Assembly (NCBI GenBank): GCA_002104905.1
Contig: MCFE01000163.1
Location: forward strand, 83,986 to 147,985
Length of the DNA: 64,000 bases
Direction of reading: 5' to 3'
Source of the DNA: Basidiobolus meristosporus CBS 931.73
Lineage: Eukaryota > Fungi > Basidiobolomycota
Shown: positions 61,629-64,000 of the stretch, one piece after another
How positions within the stretch are numbered: position 1 is the first letter of the stretch
Layout: each line of letters starts with the position of its first letter
The notes under the pieces: model-generated
Told to the model about the DNA's origin: nothing
Databases searched by the model: none
The model's input: only the letters and a program-made list of their open reading frames with translations
Position numbers and translations under genes: made by a program

Positions 61629-64000
61629 TTAGGGGGGGGGAGACAGTCACCAACAGGTGAAATCTTTATTTCAGTTGAAACAAAGAAGCCAGCGCTACTG
61701 TTGTAGCTTTGATACAAGAGTGTGTAGCTGAGGGGAATTTGTAGGTAAGTTAATAAGAAGTGATGATAGCTCTTCAGTGCTCAAGACACTGTTCAGTGGG
61801 AAGGGGGTAGCAAGAGAGGTAAGAATGACTTGTGAACAACATTAATGAGGGGAATGTGATAAGGATTGATATTCATCATAAAGGGAGTGTGCTGCTGCAG
61901 ATATTGCTGCCAAAGGTCTGTCAAGTACTTCAGGTAGGCCAGCTTGGGTTTTTCTGACTGCAGAATAAAGTGAGCAAACTTCTTGACTTCAGGATCTCCA
62001 AGTATAGTTCTCCAGCAGGAGCCAGGTGTTGTGTGGTGTGTTCTCTTCCAGGCCTTAATCAGTGGGTTGTTGCAGTTGTGAAGTCTGAGGTATAATCTGG
62101 TTCTAAGGTAGAGAAGTCTGATCTTATAGGGCATAAACCCAAAAGCACCAAGAATAGCATGTCTGTAGGGGCATTCAGGCAAATGAGGCACCAAGGAGGT
62201 AATGCACCATACTGCAAACTTGTCAAGCTTAGTGCAGTCTCTAGAAGTAAGAGAGAGAAGTGGTAAGCCAAATTCCAGGACAGGGAAGACAAACTGCTTG
62301 AGTAGAAGGAGGCAGCTGGGAGCTGAAGTTGTAGGAGGAGTAACAGCCAGTAGCTTGTGGAGTGCCTGTCTTGCCAGGATAATTCTCTTCTTCAGGTGTG
62401 CTCCAGAGTCTAGTCCAGTAGGAAGGAAAGGAAAGCCAAGATATGTAGCAGAAACCTGAGCAGGTAGAGTGGAGTTCTCCAAGTTGATGGGAGAGCCCAA
62501 AGGTACTGTCTTTGCAATGGAAAGCTGGAGATTATTCTTCTGCAGATACTGGTGGATGGTCTGGGAGTCTTGTTGCACATTGGAGGAGGATATTCTGATG
62601 TCATCAGCAAAGAGAGTAACCAGGCAGTCAGCTGAGAGTCTTGGGAAGTCATTCAGGAAGATGGCAAACAGTATAGGACCAAGCACAGAGCCTTGAACCA
62701 CTCCATTAGGAACTGAGAACACAGCTGATTGCTCACTTGGGTGCAGAATTCTTGCTTGTGGATCCAGAAACAGAGACCTGACAAGGAGGGTGAGAGAGGT
62801 ACTGGAGAAGCATTGCAACTTGGACCAAAGCAGATTTCTGTCAACTGAATCAAAGGCCTTAGTAATATCAAACAGAACAGAGGGATACTTGCACTGGAGA
62901 GAGTGATCTTGGCTAAGTATGACTGCATATTCCAAGGAGAGGCCAGGAACAAAGCCAAACTGTGCAGGATGAAATTTGAGGGAGTCAGAGTAGAGCTCCT
63001 GAGCAAGCAGAAGCTCAAACACCTTTCTGCAGGTGGGCAACAGAGATATTGGCCTGTAGGAGCTAGGATCCAGGTGCTTTCCTTTACCCTTGTACAGTGG
63101 CAGAACATTTGCAAAGGACCATTCCTCAGGAGTAGAAAGCTGGGCTGAGCATTGCTGAAACAGTGGAAGCAGAAGTGCAGACATGGCCTTGGTACTAGTC
63201 TTCAGAAGCTCATAAGAGATTGTGTCCACACCTGGAGCAGTAGAGTTGGGAAGCCTCTTGAGCACATTATGGATTCTCCTTTGATCAAGTGCAAGTGGGA
63301 TGGGCAGAGTCTTGAAGTCAGGATGAAAGCCAGGAGTTGAGTACTGCTTTGTAGAGAAGAAGATGTTAGCCAGCTGTTCTGTTGAAGGTAACTTCCTGGA
63401 AGAGGGCCTCATTGCTCTGTAGAGTCTTGATACTGTTCTTGTTATAGAGTTGGAAGATTGCAGAGGCAAAGAACTCATAATATGATCCCAGAGCTGAGTA
63501 TGCAGAGTGTGGTGAATTGCCTTGGAGTGGTGTATTGCTGTCAGGAGGAGTTTCTCTGTTTTTGGGTTAGGGAAACTCAGGTAGCTTTGTTGCAGGGCTG
63601 AAACAATGGATTCCCATTTTCTTGAGGTAACAGCAGTAGTCTTGCATGGCAGTGAGAGGGAGGCAGACACCAGAATCAGATGCTTCACAAAGAGCCAGGC
63701 ATAGTTGAGATCATCTGGCAGAGAAAGTAGCAAACTGGCAAGCTTCAAGTAGTTCCCAAAGTCTTTCTTCTGATTCTTGGTAGCTTTGTGGGTGAGCACA
63801 GTAAGTTTTGGCAGCTTCTTCTTCACAACTGGTTGCATAGAAAGGGACCAGGCTGGGTGGTCAGAGGCTCTCAAGGATCCTAGCTCAGCTCCAGAGAATT
63901 GCTTAGACTTCATTCACAAAGTAGAGGGCAGCAGCAGAAGGCAGATCCAGTCAACACATCTTTTCTCCAGATTGAGCACCCAGTGCTAGCAGATGGCTTT
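61629..64000 (-). mobile_element. APE-type non-LTR retrotransposon (LINE), ORF2; continues beyond the window, E5
   Basis: Remnant APE motifs (CVDWI, ASDHP) precede RT motifs APGVD, YRPISLL, QFGF, DITKAFDSV, GVVQGSVLGP, LFADD, YLG. Confidence 0.93.
61793..63913 (-). CDS. LINE reverse transcriptase ORF (706 codons open)
   Basis: See E5. An in-frame TGA lies immediately upstream of the ATG, and a 1-nt C-run difference from E4 shortens the C-terminus. Confidence 0.85.
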   Translation of the reverse strand: MKSKQFSGAELGSLRASDHPAWSLSMQPVVKKKLPKLTVLTHKATKNQKKDFGNYLKLASLLLSLPDDLNYAWLFVKHLILVSASLSLPCKTTAVTSRKWESIVSALQQSYLSFPNPKTEKLLLTAIHHSKAIHHTLHTQLWDHIMSSLPLQSSNSITRTVSRLYRAMRPSSRKLPSTEQLANIFFSTKQYSTPGFHPDFKTLPIPLALDQRRIHNVLKRLPNSTAPGVDTISYELLKTSTKAMSALLLPLFQQCSAQLSTPEEWSFANVLPLYKGKGKHLDPSSYRPISLLPTCRKVFELLLAQELYSDSLKFHPAQFGFVPGLSLEYAVILSQDHSLQCKYPSVLFDITKAFDSVDRNLLWSKLQCFSSTSLTLLVRSLFLDPQARILHPSEQSAVFSVPNGVVQGSVLGPILFAIFLNDFPRLSADCLVTLFADDIRISSSNVQQDSQTIHQYLQKNNLQLSIAKTVPLGSPINLENSTLPAQVSATYLGFPFLPTGLDSGAHLKKRIILARQALHKLLAVTPPTTSAPSCLLLLKQFVFPVLEFGLPLLSLTSRDCTKLDKFAVWCITSLVPHLPECPYRHAILGAFGFMPYKIRLLYLRTRLYLRLHNCNNPLIKAWKRTHHTTPGSCWRTILGDPEVKKFAHFILQSEKPKLAYLKYLTDLWQQYLQQHTPFMMNINPYHIPLINVVHKSFLPLLLPPSH

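Noticed and set aside
59523-61680. CRISPR-like array from the recurring GTCACC...GGTGAAATC motif
   Set aside because: Spacing is irregular (240-1000 bp), the intervening sequences are retroelement bodies, the context is eukaryotic and there are no cas genes.

Overview
Eukaryotic DNA, most likely from an early-diverging fungus. It has short GT-AG introns (mostly 57-70 nt) with CTAAC-type branch sites, an HDEL-ended BiP, a fungal THR4 and a retained DNAAF5; a Basidiobolus-like Zoopagomycota source is only my guess. The window has three compartments. (1) About 1-18.3 kb is a nearly CpG-free block of nested transposons: Ty1/Copia copies (one complete, with LTRs, PBS, PPT and TSD), CACTA/EnSpm transposase remnants and solo LTRs. 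(2) About 18.3-56.5 kb is a CpG-normal island of about 19 genes: CAP protein, F-box, KAR2, RPP0 with an intronic C/D snoRNA, PSR-type phosphatase, ACBP-domain protein, PPR protein, RPL18, C2H2 zinc finger, DNAAF5/HEATR2, a full-length intron-containing OvoA (ovothiol synthase), THR4, a Tet(X)-like flavin monooxygenase, an R3H-associated protein, head-to-head RPN7/RPN6, a NASP-like protein and a pepsin-like protease. (3) About 56.7-64 kb is CpG-free again: a Copia element is cut off at about 59522 and followed by five same-orientation, head-to-tail LINE-type 3' ends. These share a hairpin tail, and three of them end in a telomere-like CCCTAAC. The best leads are the fungal OvoA, the polarized telomere-tailed LINE array, the zero-CpG yet open RT ORF, DNAAF5 retention and the Tet(X)-like gene. 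All coordinates and alignments were made by eye; no database searches were run.
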